A stretch of DNA of 64,000 bases from Clostridiales bacterium UBA4821 (GTDB lineage Bacteria > Bacillota > Clostridia > Acetivibrionales > UBA4821). Positions within the stretch are counted from its first letter, which is position 1. Every line of letters starts with the position of its first letter. Positions 1 to 10,965 of the stretch are shown piece after piece. The position numbers and the translations under genes are program-made. The stretch lies in assembly GCA_002402315.1 (NCBI GenBank), contig DHFP01000251.1, positions 19,465 to 83,464 on the forward strand. Direction: 5' to 3'. A model generated the notes under the pieces. The model saw only the letters and a list, made by a program, of their open reading frames with translations. It ran no database searches and had not been told where the DNA came from.

Positions 1-164
1 AAAGTACTATGCTTCTATTAAAGCAGCAGTATTTTGCTGAAACTCAATCAGATGAAGTAGTAGAAGATATAGAAAATACTATAAATGAAGCAACTGCTTT
101 AGATAATGCATTATATGAACATAAGAAGAACAAAAGGGGAATACAGAAGGGGAAGAAATTGTGA
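1..164 (+). CDS. 3' end of an unidentified CDS entering from upstream (partial)
   Basis: Frame 3 is open from the window edge to TGA at 162-164 (...YEHKKNKRGIQKGKKL*). It is too short to assign a family. Confidence 0.3.
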   Translation, partial: STMLLLKQQYFAETQSDEVVEDIENTINEATALDNALYEHKKNKRGIQKGKKL

Positions 165-174
165 GGAGATTGGT

Positions 175-1767
175 ATGGAACAAGTAATTTTTTCGTCAGA
201 CTTTGTGAAGATCGTGAGAAAAGATAATGACTTCCTTATTGAGTCATACAAGAGGGGTATCGACCTGGAGTCTATTAATAAGATTCTTTCCAAACACCCG
301 TATATCAAGGTTACTAATTTCCTCGCAGTAAGAAATATTATTCAGAATTCCCCCAGCACCTTGATAAAGTTCGGCGAATTAAAAGAGAGGGTTCATGTCG
401 AGCTAAGTGCGGACGAGCTTAAAGCTTATATTACTTTAAATGTTATGGATTTTGAACTGACAGGTGAGACACGGACACACACCATCAAAGAAATACTGGA
501 TGTCTTAAGAAATAACGGTATTGTCTACGGTGTAATGCAGTCTGGACTGCTGAATGAACTATGCAATGATAGGAAGATATTAATAGCGGAAGGTGAACCG
601 CCTGAAAACGGAAATGACTCAGAAACCAGAATATATGAGATAAGAGAAATTAAGCCGGAGATAAGGGAAGACGGAAATGTTGACCATTATGAGCTCAATC
701 TGATAAATAAGGTTGAGAAGGGAGACTGGCTTGGAGAGAGGATTAATGCTACTCCAGGTATACCTGGAAAATCGGTAAAAGGAAATGTAATTCTTCCCAT
801 GCCGGGAAAGAATTATCCACTTGCATACGATAAGGCTTCAGTGGAAGAGGTAGAAGAAAATGGGAAAGTAGTATTAAGAGCCTTAAGAAGTGGTGCTGTG
901 CATTTTGAGGGTGAGAAAATTTCAGTGTCAAATCACTTAGAGGTTGAAGGAGATGTAGATTTTAGTACAGGGAATATTAATTTTGATGGTTTTCTGACTG
1001 TAAAAGGTTCAGTTGCAGATAACTTTTCGATTTATGCTGATAAGGATATTGAAATAAGAGGGGATTATGGAATTGGAAGTGTTAAAGAAATTCAGAGCAA
1101 GGGAGGAAATATCTTTATCAGGGGAGGAATTGCAGGAAAGAATAAAGCTGTAATCCGTTCCAAGAAGAATATTTATACCAAGTTTATATCTGATGCCATA
1201 ATATTTTGTGAAGGTTCAATTCATGTGGGATTTTACTGTCTAAATAGTAATATAACTGCAAAAGAAGTTATTATTGATTCACCCAAGGGACAAATAATAG
1301 GGGGTAATATAAACGCGGAGATAAGGGTTGTATCGTCAACTATTGGTTCAGCGGCAGAGAAGAAAACTGTAATTTCTGTTGCAGGCTTTAACAGAACTGC
1401 ACTAAAAGATAGGCTTGATAGAACTGTAAACGAGGTAAATGTCGTAAAAGACCAGCTTTACAAGTTAAAACAAGAAGTATCAATCTATGCTAGTATTCCA
1501 ACCATAAGTTTAAGTAGAAAACAATTAGATGAGTATACGGTCTTAAAGGAAAAATACTCTAAGATGAAAGATGATATGGCTAATCTGGAAAATGAAAAGA
1601 AGGCTTTAGTGAGCTATTTACGTGCACATGGTGAAGGCGAGATAGCGATCTTGAAAAGAGCTTACCCTAATACGGTAATGGGTATAAAGAACATGTTTAA
1701 AGAACTTAATAAGATAATCCTAAGTACTACGTTTTATTATGCTGATGGCGAGATAAAACAACTTTAA
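175..1767 (+). CDS. FapA-family (DUF342) protein
   Basis: ORF 106-1767. The likely start is ATG 175, with GAGGAG at 163-168. A central beta-helix-like repeat region (GDVDFSTGNINFDGFLTVKGSVADNFSIYADKDIEIRG) and a C-terminal coiled coil match my recollection of DUF342/FapA proteins. Confidence 0.7.
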   Translation: MEQVIFSSDFVKIVRKDNDFLIESYKRGIDLESINKILSKHPYIKVTNFLAVRNIIQNSPSTLIKFGELKERVHVELSADELKAYITLNVMDFELTGETRTHTIKEILDVLRNNGIVYGVMQSGLLNELCNDRKILIAEGEPPENGNDSETRIYEIREIKPEIREDGNVDHYELNLINKVEKGDWLGERINATPGIPGKSVKGNVILPMPGKNYPLAYDKASVEEVEENGKVVLRALRSGAVHFEGEKISVSNHLEVEGDVDFSTGNINFDGFLTVKGSVADNFSIYADKDIEIRGDYGIGSVKEIQSKGGNIFIRGGIAGKNKAVIRSKKNIYTKFISDAIIFCEGSIHVGFYCLNSNITAKEVIIDSPKGQIIGGNINAEIRVVSSTIGSAAEKKTVISVAGFNRTALKDRLDRTVNEVNVVKDQLYKLKQEVSIYASIPTISLSRKQLDEYTVLKEKYSKMKDDMANLENEKKALVSYLRAHGEGEIAILKRAYPNTVMGIKNMFKELNKIILSTTFYYADGEIKQL

Positions 1768-1780
1768 GGAGGGGTTCGGA

Positions 1781-3709
1781 TTGGAATATAGAGAGATTTT
1801 AGATAGGGTTAGGAAGCAAAGAAATGCTGGAGAAGTTAATAGTAAATTATTTTGGTATGTAGGTCTAATCCAGGCAATAGAACTCTTTTCCCAGAAGTTG
1901 AATTTTGAGCAGGTAGTATACACATGTATGGATTGTATCAGTGAACTCCTGACGGTTGAGAAGTCGGCAATATATGTTCAACATGGAGATAAGTACATAC
2001 TTAAGAGGCATAAAGGATACTCCAAAAGTATAAGTGAGATAGACTATACGCAGCAGTTAAGCGATCTGCCCATATATCATGGCGGACTTCTTTACAATGA
2101 TACAAGCAAAAAGTACTTCGATGGAAAGATTATCGACCAAATGGGAGTAAAGATTGTTGTCCCCTTAATCATTGAAAATGATCTATTTGGGTTTATTTTT
2201 ATAGGCAGCAAGATTGAGGGAGACTATGATAGAGATAACTATACATTGGCCGAGGCCTTGATGAGGCTTTTTAATAATGCACTTGAGAATTATAAAACTT
2301 ATGAGGAAATCCAAAAGATTAATAGTGAACTTGACGAAAAGGTATTTAACTTATTTGCTATAAACCAGTCTTCAAAGGTGCTGTTAAGTGAACTTGATAT
2401 ATATAAGTTATATAGTCTTGCAGTTGATGTATTTTCTGAACTTACACAGAGTTCTGTAACAAGCTTTATCCTCTATGATAAACATAGTGCTTCATTTATC
2501 CTGAAGTCTTATAGAAATGTATTCGATGTAAATGAGAAGATAGGGATGGTTGTTAGATATAATAGCCGTGCCCAGATAGAGCCTTACAGAATTATTCTTA
2601 ATGTTGATAATGAAAGCGATATGGAGTACCTTAAAAGTATATTTCCTGATTTGGAAGAAATGAAAACAAAGCTTAAGGCAAAGTATTTTGTACTTCTGCT
2701 CAGAAAGAATGAATTATTAGGTGTTGTCACCCTGGGAACAAGTGTTACGGCGCAGGAGTATAAAAACAGCATATTCGAGCTTATTGAGAGCCTTGCAACA
2801 TCAACATATATAGCAATATCTAATGCAGAGCTTTTTGAAAAGGTAAATGAGCAAAGAGACCTGATAAACAGGAAGTTCGAGAAGTTGGTTATGCTGAATA
2901 ATTTGATGAAAAATATTAACAGTTCAAAGTCATTAAATATCATGATAGAACTTGTTCTAAAGACCCTGGGTATTGCCTTTAAGGCTGAAAAGGCTCTGGT
3001 GGCCAGGTATGATAGAGAAAATAACAGCTTTATCATCTTGGATACACTGGGATTTAAAACTAAGAAAAGGAAGTTAAAGGTTACAAAAGAGTGGAAAAGG
3101 GTATTAGAAGGAGATTTAATTTATGAAGGTGAAAGAAGAGCGGTAAAGGCGTACATTAAGGATGACTTATTACAAGATGTAGGGGATTTTTCCGGAATAG
3201 TAATATCACCTATCACTATCGAAGATTTAGATAGTAGTGAGACTTATGGTGCGGTTATTGTGTTTAAATATAAGGATACATTGATAACCGATGAGGAAAA
3301 CAGGGTTATAGTGCAGACAATCTCAAATCATATTGCACCAATAATGGCAAGCTTCGATAAGCTTGAGGAGCAGGCGAGGACATTGGTGCCCAATTATGTT
3401 GAGTACTTTAAGATGGATCTTAAAAAAGCAATTGAGGATGCAAGAAAATTTAAGCTGGATTTAGAAGTAATTGATATATTGTTGAATGAGAGGTTTCCAT
3501 TTACCCGGAGACCGTATTATGAAGTCTTGAGTAAAATTTATAAGAATTTATATCCTATTTCACCTAACAATATATTTATTATAAATAATAACCACAACGA
3601 TGACATTGAGAATGATATCAGGGAAAAGATCAGTGGTGAAATTGCCATACGCAGGTATAAAATAGATCGGGATTTTACATCGTATGAGGATTTCTTCAAG
3701 CTGTTCTAG
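1781..3709 (+). CDS. large cytoplasmic protein of unknown function, possibly tandem GAF-like sensor domains
   Basis: TTG 1781 is preceded by AAGGAGGGG. The ORF has 642 codons and no TM segments. Cores such as LFGFIFIGS and LLGVVTLGT resemble GAF folds. The function call is weak. Confidence 0.45.
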   Translation: MEYREILDRVRKQRNAGEVNSKLFWYVGLIQAIELFSQKLNFEQVVYTCMDCISELLTVEKSAIYVQHGDKYILKRHKGYSKSISEIDYTQQLSDLPIYHGGLLYNDTSKKYFDGKIIDQMGVKIVVPLIIENDLFGFIFIGSKIEGDYDRDNYTLAEALMRLFNNALENYKTYEEIQKINSELDEKVFNLFAINQSSKVLLSELDIYKLYSLAVDVFSELTQSSVTSFILYDKHSASFILKSYRNVFDVNEKIGMVVRYNSRAQIEPYRIILNVDNESDMEYLKSIFPDLEEMKTKLKAKYFVLLLRKNELLGVVTLGTSVTAQEYKNSIFELIESLATSTYIAISNAELFEKVNEQRDLINRKFEKLVMLNNLMKNINSSKSLNIMIELVLKTLGIAFKAEKALVARYDRENNSFIILDTLGFKTKKRKLKVTKEWKRVLEGDLIYEGERRAVKAYIKDDLLQDVGDFSGIVISPITIEDLDSSETYGAVIVFKYKDTLITDEENRVIVQTISNHIAPIMASFDKLEEQARTLVPNYVEYFKMDLKKAIEDARKFKLDLEVIDILLNERFPFTRRPYYEVLSKIYKNLYPISPNNIFIINNNHNDDIENDIREKISGEIAIRRYKIDRDFTSYEDFFKLF

Positions 3710-3731
3710 TATAATAGGGAGTTGAAAAAGT

Positions 3732-4121
3732 TTGGAATTATCCTGCGGCATCGACATTATTGAAATTATGAGGATAAAGAAAGCAATTGATGATAGTAAT
3801 GAGAAGTTTCTAAGCAAAGTATTTACCCCCGCCGAAATAGAATACTGCGAAGCAAGGTCAGCAGCCAAATTTCAGCATTATGCGGCAAGATTTGCTGCCA
3901 AAGAAGCAGCAGCTAAGGCATTAGGCTTAGGTTTTGCCAAAGGTGTGTGGTGGACCGACATAGAAGTTGTTAAAGATGATAATGGTAAACCTATGGTAAA
4001 ACTATACGGGCAGGCGAAGAAAACCGCTGAAGATTTAGGAATTAAAACATTGAATCTAAGCTTATCCCACTGTCATGAATATGCGGTAGCAAATGTAGTT
4101 TGTATTTTGCATAAACTCTAG
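3732..4121 (+). CDS. acpS: holo-[acyl-carrier-protein] synthase (4'-phosphopantetheinyl transferase)
   Basis: TTG start. GIDIIEI...ARFAAKEAAAKALG...LSLSH is the typical AcpS pattern. Confidence 0.85.
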   Translation: MELSCGIDIIEIMRIKKAIDDSNEKFLSKVFTPAEIEYCEARSAAKFQHYAARFAAKEAAAKALGLGFAKGVWWTDIEVVKDDNGKPMVKLYGQAKKTAEDLGIKTLNLSLSHCHEYAVANVVCILHKL

Positions 4122-4174
4122 ACACAATAAGCTTTAAAATAGTAAAATATACAAAAATAGAGAGGGTGTCCAAT

Positions 4175-5056
4175 ATGGAAGAAAGACTAATTTACATTGA
4201 TGGAGATTATTATAATAAATCCGAGGCTAAGGTTTCAGTTTTTGATCATGGTTTTCTTTATGGGGATGGTATATTTGAAGGCATACGGGCTTACAATGGC
4301 CGGATATTTAAATGCAAAGAGCATATTGATAGACTTTATCAAGGCGCCAAGGCTATTGACCTTAACATTCCTCTTAGCAAGACTGAAATGACCGAAGCTC
4401 TATTGGAAACATGCAGGAAGAATAATATAAAGGATGGGTATATAAGGCTCATTGTATCAAGAGGAATAGGTGATCTGGGCTTGAGTCCAGCCAAATGTCC
4501 CAAGGCAAGCGTGGTTATTATAGCAGATTCAATAGTATTATATCCTGCTGAAATGTATGAAAAGGGAATGAAGGTTATTACTGCTTCTACCAGAAGAAAT
4601 AATCCGGCGTCACTGGATCCGCAGATAAAATCGTTAAATTACCTGAATAATATACTGGCTAAGATTGAAGCCAACCGGGCCGGCGTCCCGGAAGCTATAA
4701 TGCTGAACACAATGGGAGTAGTTTGCGAATGTACCGGAGATAATATTTTTATAATAAAAGATAATGTAATTTATACCCCTCCGATATATGTAGGAGCTCT
4801 TGATGGAATAACAAGGGCAGTCGCAATTGAGCTTGCTGAGAAGATGGGATATAAGGTTATAGAGAAAGAATTTACCCTGTTTAACCTGTATAATGCTGAT
4901 GAATGTTTCTTTACCGGTACGGCAGCAGAGGTTATTGGTGTTACTGAGGTTGATGGAAGAGTAATTGGCGATGGGGTAGCAGGCAAGATTACCAGGAAAT
5001 TGATGGATGTGTTCAAGGAGTATGCAAGCGATCAAGGAGAGCCTATATATAGTTAA
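4175..5056 (+). CDS. ilvE: class IV aminotransferase, branched-chain amino acid aminotransferase type
   Basis: ORF 4166-5056. ATG 4175 is better spaced from AGAGGG. VFDHGFLYGDGIFEGIRAY and the overall class IV layout support the call. Confidence 0.8.
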   Translation: MEERLIYIDGDYYNKSEAKVSVFDHGFLYGDGIFEGIRAYNGRIFKCKEHIDRLYQGAKAIDLNIPLSKTEMTEALLETCRKNNIKDGYIRLIVSRGIGDLGLSPAKCPKASVVIIADSIVLYPAEMYEKGMKVITASTRRNNPASLDPQIKSLNYLNNILAKIEANRAGVPEAIMLNTMGVVCECTGDNIFIIKDNVIYTPPIYVGALDGITRAVAIELAEKMGYKVIEKEFTLFNLYNADECFFTGTAAEVIGVTEVDGRVIGDGVAGKITRKLMDVFKEYASDQGEPIYS

Positions 5057-5260
5057 AATTTGCAGAAAGATTATATATAAGTAAATATTATTCACGGATA
5101 AGCTCTTATACTATTTCCAGTAAAAATTAACCATACTTGGAGTTTGCTGCTGTTTTAAGTTGACTATTTACTCATAAGTGATAAAATAGAATTAAGGAAT
5201 GACGAAAAATAACCGATTTTAAAATGGGAATTTATTATTTTGTCATTCCTAAGTAAAATA

Positions 5261-7444
5261 ATGAATATAAAGGTTAAAAAGACTATGCGAATTCTGGAAA
5301 AGCTATCTCTTAATTTGCAAATTCCGCCATTAAATAAATATATATTAAGAATTGTCATAAGCTTATTAATTTTTCTATTTGGTTCGGCAATAGCAGTTAT
5401 CGGGTTTTATCAGAGTATGCCTATTTTAATGGTTATAGGTTTACTTATAATAGGGTTGCTTTTTATTTATATTTTTAAGAGGTTTAACCTCAAATTAATT
5501 GCCATGCTGCTTACATTCACTTATGTTCCGGCTGTTGCTTTACTCTGGCCCCTAGTTCATCATTTTCATTTTTTAATAATTGATAATTCAAAACAACGCC
5601 TGGAATCCATAGCACGAAGCCAGGCTGTTTTTGTTGATAGCTGGCTGGAGCAAAGAAAAAGTGACATTTTTTTTATTGAAAATAACATTCACATGCTAAA
5701 TAGTTTGCAAAATTCAAATGAAGAGGAAGAAAATATAAATAAATTGAGGAATATACTCTTAAAGGTAAAAAACTCGTCACCAGTATACAAAGAACTATTT
5801 ATCTTAGGAAAATTCAAAAGCGTGGTAGTATCTACCGACCAATCCAAAGAAGGTGGATTTGACTCTGGCATGGTTGACGTTAACCTAGGGCAGGAGCCTG
5901 TATTATCGAACCTTTCTTTGGAGCAGGGAGTGCCAGTGATTTTTCTCTCAAAATGTATAAAAATTAATAACGAACAGTATGTTATGGGAATAAAATACAG
6001 CTTGTCAGAACTACAAAAAGCTTATGGTTCAATCAGGAATCCTGACAGGCCTGAAAGAACTATAAAGATTTCACTGATAGATGAAAAAGGTTATTACATA
6101 TTTACTACCGATAATAGTATGACTAAACCGTTAAAGGATAAGATATATGAGAATTTTAACAAATACCTGCAGACCATTAAAAACATGGACCTGAAATATG
6201 AGAATGATAAAGGGGAGAATACTGTAGGCAGCTATACTCAGGTAGAATCAACCGGATGGTATGTAATCAGCGAGCAAACATTCAAAGAAATTATTTACAA
6301 TGTTGATAAAAATTTAATGGATGTATTTATTATTATGATTATTAACTTCATAGTAGTATTATTATTTGCTCCATTCTTTTCAAGAGGAGTTACCAAACCA
6401 ATTCGCAAGATTAGAGACTTGGCAGCCAGAGGGTCATCTGGTGACCTGTCTATCCAGATAGAGAAAGGAAAGCCAAATATTTTTGAGTACAAGGAAGCTG
6501 AAGAGACCATACTGGCATTCAATAAAATGATTACAACATTAAACATATTAAAAAATTCACTTGAGTCCAAGATAGCAGAAAAAACACAGATGGCTGAGCA
6601 GCTAAGGGAAACGAATGAGGAACTTAATGCACAGCAGGAAGAACTGACTTATTTAAATGAAATGCTGATAAAGACCAATGAACAGCTTAATTCTGCATAT
6701 AAAGATTTAAAGCAGACTCAGACCAAGCTTGTTCAGCATGAAAAAATGGCTTCTTTAGGAATGCTTGTTGCAGGAGTGGCACATGAGATTAATAATCCTC
6801 TAGGCGCAATATCCAGTAATTTAAGTATCTATGAATCAATAACTAGAAAGCTGGAGAAAAAAAGTAGTGAAGATAATGAAATTAAACAGATTATTCATAA
6901 TATCGAATCGGTTAACCATATTAATTCTATGGCTTGTGAGAGAATAGTGAAGATTGTGAGAAGCTTAAGAAGCTTCGCTAGACTGGACGAAGCTGACTTC
7001 AAGGAAGCGGATATTTATGAAGGAATTGAGGATACTCTAATAATCTTAAACCATAGACTCAAGAACAAGGTGGAATTGGTTAAAGAATTTAGTGATATAC
7101 CTAAAATCAAGTGCTATCCTAACCAGCTTAATCAGGTATTCATGAATATTTTCGCAAACGCAATTGATGCAATTAAAGAGAAGGGAACAATATGGATAAA
7201 AACATATTGTGAAAATAATAAGATTTATATAAAAATAAAGGACAATGGCACAGGTATAAAGCCTGAGCATGTAGATAAAATATTTGATCCGGGTTTTACA
7301 ACCAAAGGAGTAGGAGTTGGTACCGGACTAGGCCTTTCGATAGTTTATAACATTATAGAGGGACATAAGGGGAATATTAGTGTTACTTCTGAGGTAGGAA
7401 AAGGAACTGAGTTCATAATAGAGTTGACTGCAACTTCTGATTAA
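5261..7444 (+). CDS. membrane sensor histidine kinase (extracytoplasmic sensor, HAMP, coiled coil, HisKA, HATPase)
   Basis: Two TM regions flank a ~280-aa loop. H-box AHEINNPL, N-box QVFMNIFANAIDA and G-boxes DNGTGI / GTGLGLS are present. The start is uncertain (TTG 5240, ATG 5261 or ATG 5285). No adjacent response regulator. Confidence 0.8.
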   Translation: MNIKVKKTMRILEKLSLNLQIPPLNKYILRIVISLLIFLFGSAIAVIGFYQSMPILMVIGLLIIGLLFIYIFKRFNLKLIAMLLTFTYVPAVALLWPLVHHFHFLIIDNSKQRLESIARSQAVFVDSWLEQRKSDIFFIENNIHMLNSLQNSNEEEENINKLRNILLKVKNSSPVYKELFILGKFKSVVVSTDQSKEGGFDSGMVDVNLGQEPVLSNLSLEQGVPVIFLSKCIKINNEQYVMGIKYSLSELQKAYGSIRNPDRPERTIKISLIDEKGYYIFTTDNSMTKPLKDKIYENFNKYLQTIKNMDLKYENDKGENTVGSYTQVESTGWYVISEQTFKEIIYNVDKNLMDVFIIMIINFIVVLLFAPFFSRGVTKPIRKIRDLAARGSSGDLSIQIEKGKPNIFEYKEAEETILAFNKMITTLNILKNSLESKIAEKTQMAEQLRETNEELNAQQEELTYLNEMLIKTNEQLNSAYKDLKQTQTKLVQHEKMASLGMLVAGVAHEINNPLGAISSNLSIYESITRKLEKKSSEDNEIKQIIHNIESVNHINSMACERIVKIVRSLRSFARLDEADFKEADIYEGIEDTLIILNHRLKNKVELVKEFSDIPKIKCYPNQLNQVFMNIFANAIDAIKEKGTIWIKTYCENNKIYIKIKDNGTGIKPEHVDKIFDPGFTTKGVGVGTGLGLSIVYNIIEGHKGNISVTSEVGKGTEFIIELTATSD

Positions 7445-7610
7445 TTAGGAGAAACAGAATGAAGATTATTATAGTAATTTCAGGACTATTATCACTTCTA
7501 ATATTTGTATTATTTTTCATACAATTAATAAAGCGCAACAAGGGTTATAGAACTTATGCTGCGCTTTATTATACAACTCAAGTTTATTTAATAAATTACT
7601 GTGAATAAAT

Positions 7611-8261
7611 TTATAAAATCTCTTTACAGCTTGTATCATTCGGCATTTCATGACAATTATTTTCTTTGTTTATCATATGTTTAACATTAAAGAATTTAAT
7701 TGCTGAAGAAAACACCGTAATAAGGAGTAATCCATAATAAAGAATACTAAAGGTGCCAATGTCTATGAGTAGAAGATTAAAAACCAGGATTAAACATGGT
7801 AATGAGTAAAAAAATGTACTGGCAATTCTTCCGGGTATATCATAATAAAGAACCACATCACTTTTAGCACCGCATATAGCTAAGTGCTTCTTGATAATCT
7901 CGGATAATATGAGAAACTCAAAAAACTTATATATAGCCAATGCAGTTAACCAGAATGGTATAATGTTCAAAAAATTCAGCATTATGTAAGAGCATAGCAC
8001 GAATAAAAAGTCTGTCCATACGTCAAGATAGCTTCCCAAAGGTGTAACACTGTTTGTTAAACGTGCAATCCAGCCATCTAAAAAATCGGTTACTCTAATT
8101 AACACAAACACAAGCAGAGCTATGTTGATAGCAAAATATATGGCCGGAAAATCTGATGTTAGTCCCTTGTACGAAAATACTAAAAAAAACGGTATAAGGA
8201 ATACTCTCGACAAGGTTATCATGTTTGGTAATGTTGTATACTTAGTATAGCTAGTTATCAT
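7611..8261 (-). CDS. CDP-alcohol phosphatidyltransferase family protein
   Basis: Exact family motif DFLDGWIAR-x8-GSYLDVWTD (D-x2-DG-x2-AR-x8-G-x3-D-x3-D). Polytopic membrane protein. ATGA overlap with the upstream gene. Confidence 0.8.
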   Translation of the reverse strand: MITSYTKYTTLPNMITLSRVFLIPFFLVFSYKGLTSDFPAIYFAINIALLVFVLIRVTDFLDGWIARLTNSVTPLGSYLDVWTDFLFVLCSYIMLNFLNIIPFWLTALAIYKFFEFLILSEIIKKHLAICGAKSDVVLYYDIPGRIASTFFYSLPCLILVFNLLLIDIGTFSILYYGLLLITVFSSAIKFFNVKHMINKENNCHEMPNDTSCKEIL

Positions 8262-8845
8262 CTTTCTCCTATCTTTTTACCTAAATCTGAAGCATTTTTA
8301 AAAATAGCTTCGTGTTTCTCTTTTTCAACGTGAAACAATTCTCTACCTACAATATTTGCGCCTTCTAAGTGCTTAACCATTATCTCAAACATTTCTGGGT
8401 CATCCTGACCTCCACAGGTAATATATAACACCACTTTTTTACTAGTATAATCACCGGGCTTTTGCATAAAATCAATTAGCTTTTTTGAGGGTTGAAAGTA
8501 CCATGGGGTGCCAAAAACAATAATATCGAAGTCTTTTAAATCAATATTAGCATCATTTCCAGGCCTCATCAACTTGACTTCAGTTCCTTTTTCTAATGCT
8601 CCCTGAGCAATTTTATTTGCAACCTCTTCTGTAATGTTTGAATTTGATGAAGGCTGATATACAATTAACATTTTCTGACCGTTTGGTTGGGGTGGTAGCA
8701 TAACTTGTTCTTTCTGGGGAAACTCCTTTGAGGCCAAATAGTTCCCGTATAGTGGAAGACCAGCAGCAAAAATAATTACGAATCCAAGAATACCTAAGAC
8801 AATAAACAAAACAATTTTTTTCTTAGAAAGCCCTTTTTCTTTCAT
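8258..8845 (-). CDS. membrane-anchored flavodoxin-like protein
   Basis: N-terminal TM helix followed by a flavodoxin-like fold (MLIVYQPSSNSN...IVFGTPWYF). AGGAG RBS. Confidence 0.5.
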   Translation of the reverse strand: MKEKGLSKKKIVLFIVLGILGFVIIFAAGLPLYGNYLASKEFPQKEQVMLPPQPNGQKMLIVYQPSSNSNITEEVANKIAQGALEKGTEVKLMRPGNDANIDLKDFDIIVFGTPWYFQPSKKLIDFMQKPGDYTSKKVVLYITCGGQDDPEMFEIMVKHLEGANIVGRELFHVEKEKHEAIFKNASDLGKKIGER

Positions 8846-9015
8846 AACAGTGTATCTCCTTTTTAATATTTTCCTTCAATATAAAATTATAATATATTCT
8901 TATATTTTTTTCTACTTCATATAATTATTCAGATATCATAATGGAAAAATAAGTTGAAAAAAGGTTAAAATATGGGTATATTATGAATAATCAATTCAAT
9001 TCAGGAGGAATAAGA

Positions 9016-10965
9016 ATGGCAGACAATAAAAGTTTTTATATTACTACACCAATTTATTACCCAAGTGACAAGCTGCATATAGGGCACTCATATGCAACTG
9101 TTGCCACAGATGCAATGGCTAGATATAAAAGATTAAGAGGATATGATGTCATGTTTCTGACCGGTACGGATGAACATGGTCAGAAGATAGAACGCATAGC
9201 CAAAGAAAAGGGTATGAGCCCTAAACAGTATGTTGATAACATAGTAGCAGGAATCCTGGAACTGTGGAAACTTATGGATGTTTCTAATGATGACTTTATT
9301 CGTACTACTGAAGAGAGACACAAGAGTGCGGTGCAAAAAATTTTCAAGAAACTTTATGACCAAGGTGACATATACAAAGGTACATATGAAGGTTGGTACT
9401 GTACACCTTGCGAGGCGTTCTGGACAGAGAGACAGCTGGCTGACGGAAAGTGTCCGGACTGCAACAGGGATGTTGAACTGGTGAGAGAAGAAAGCTACTT
9501 TTTCAGACTTTCGAAGTATCAGGACAGGCTTATAAAGTATATTGAAGAGCATCCTGACTTTATTCAGCCTGTCTCAAGGCGGAATGAGATGCTGAATAAT
9601 TTTCTTAAACCCGGTCTGGAAGACCTCTGTGTTTCAAGAACTTCATTTTCATGGGGAATTCCAGTTACCTTCGATGAAGGGCATGTCATTTATGTTTGGA
9701 TAGATGCGTTGTCAAATTATATAACAGCCCTAGGTTACTTAAATGAAAATGATGATAAATTTAAAAAGTATTGGCCTGCTGATGTTCATATTGTCGGGAA
9801 AGAAATAATAAGATTCCATACTATTATATGGCCTGCAATGTTAATGGCTCTGGGACTTGAGCTTCCTAAACAGGTATATGGACATGGATGGCTGGTTATT
9901 GATGGCGGCAAGATGTCAAAGTCCAAGGGAAATGTCGTAGACCCCAGAATTTTGGTTGAAAAGTATGGATTGGATGCAATAAGATATTTTCTTCTGAGAG
10001 ATATCCCATTTGGTTCGGACGGTAACTTTAGTAACGAAGCATTGATAAACAGGATAAATTCAGACCTTGCCAATGACTTAGGGAACCTTGTAAGTAGAAC
10101 TGCTGCAATGATAGAGAAATATTTTGGCGGTCAACTTCCCAAGTCAACAGTAACCGGAGACTTTGATGGTGATTTGAAGCGTGTTGTTATGGAAACACCT
10201 CTGAAGGTTGAAGAGGCAATGGATAAAATGCTTTTCAGCGTCGCCTTGACAGAAATCTGGAAGGCTGTATCAAGGGTCAATAAGTATATAGATGAAACAA
10301 TGCCATGGGTTTTAGGCAAGAACCCGGATAAGAAGGAAAGACTGGCCGCAGTTTTATATAACCTTGCTGAGAGTGTGAGAATAATTTCAATACTGTTAAG
10401 GCCGTTTATGACCCAGACACCCGGCAAGATATGGGAGCAGTTAGGCATAAAGGATGGTGTCTTGACAGCGTGGGATTCGGTAAAGCAGTGGGGGTTACTG
10501 CCTTCAGGAATCAATGTTAAGAAGGCAGAAGCAATATTTCCACGTATAGAGTTAAAAGCAAAGCCGGAGAATAATACGGTACAGGTCAAACAGCCAGATA
10601 CCAGCACCTTGCAGGAGTCTGACAAAGAACTTACTCAAGAGCAGTATATAACAATTGAGGACTTTGCTAGGATGGATTTTAGGGTAGCAAGGGTAATTAA
10701 AGCAGAGAAGGTTGAGGGTGCGGATAAACTGCTTAAACTGGAATTGGATACCGGAGGAGAGACAAGGACAGTGGTTTCAGGTATAGCAAAACACTATTCC
10801 GCTCAAGACATGATTGGCAAGAACGTAATACTGATAGCCAATCTCAAGCCTGCAAAATTGAGAGGTATTGAATCCAGAGGAATGATTCTTGCAGCCAGCC
10901 AGGGCGAAAATCTGGTTTTGGCTGCGTTAGATGGGGAGATAGAACCCGGAGCAAGGGTTATGTAG
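9016..10965 (+). CDS. metG: methionine--tRNA ligase
   Basis: HIGH motif (LHIGHSY), KMSKS, a CxxC...CxxC zinc knuckle and a C-terminal tRNA-binding (EMAP/Trbp111-like) domain. ATG 9016 follows AGGAGGA. Confidence 0.95.
   Translation: MADNKSFYITTPIYYPSDKLHIGHSYATVATDAMARYKRLRGYDVMFLTGTDEHGQKIERIAKEKGMSPKQYVDNIVAGILELWKLMDVSNDDFIRTTEERHKSAVQKIFKKLYDQGDIYKGTYEGWYCTPCEAFWTERQLADGKCPDCNRDVELVREESYFFRLSKYQDRLIKYIEEHPDFIQPVSRRNEMLNNFLKPGLEDLCVSRTSFSWGIPVTFDEGHVIYVWIDALSNYITALGYLNENDDKFKKYWPADVHIVGKEIIRFHTIIWPAMLMALGLELPKQVYGHGWLVIDGGKMSKSKGNVVDPRILVEKYGLDAIRYFLLRDIPFGSDGNFSNEALINRINSDLANDLGNLVSRTAAMIEKYFGGQLPKSTVTGDFDGDLKRVVMETPLKVEEAMDKMLFSVALTEIWKAVSRVNKYIDETMPWVLGKNPDKKERLAAVLYNLAESVRIISILLRPFMTQTPGKIWEQLGIKDGVLTAWDSVKQWGLLPSGINVKKAEAIFPRIELKAKPENNTVQVKQPDTSTLQESDKELTQEQYITIEDFARMDFRVARVIKAEKVEGADKLLKLELDTGGETRTVVSGIAKHYSAQDMIGKNVILIANLKPAKLRGIESRGMILAASQGENLVLAALDGEIEPGARVM

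Noticed and set aside
106-174. N-terminal extensions proposed by the ORF track for the FapA-like gene. The same applies to metG (8983), tatD (11000), rsmA (13101), ccdA (36487), the peptidase (46688) and traX (59121).
   Set aside because: Internal start codons have properly spaced Shine-Dalgarno sequences and give N-termini typical of the families. The extensions cross terminators or repeat elements.
7459-7608. 49-codon ORF with an AGGAG RBS after the histidine kinase gene (MKIIIVISGLLSLLIFVLFF...).
   Set aside because: It could be a real small TM peptide. However, it contains the AAGCGCA...TGCGCTT hairpin (about 7531-7567) that looks like the terminator shared by the convergent genes. There is not enough evidence to call it.
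8846-9015. Checked for a T-box leader upstream of metG.
   Set aside because: The region is only ~170 nt and is shared with a divergent promoter. I saw no T-box sequence (AAnnnGGGTGGTACCGCG-like) and no specifier or terminator helices.
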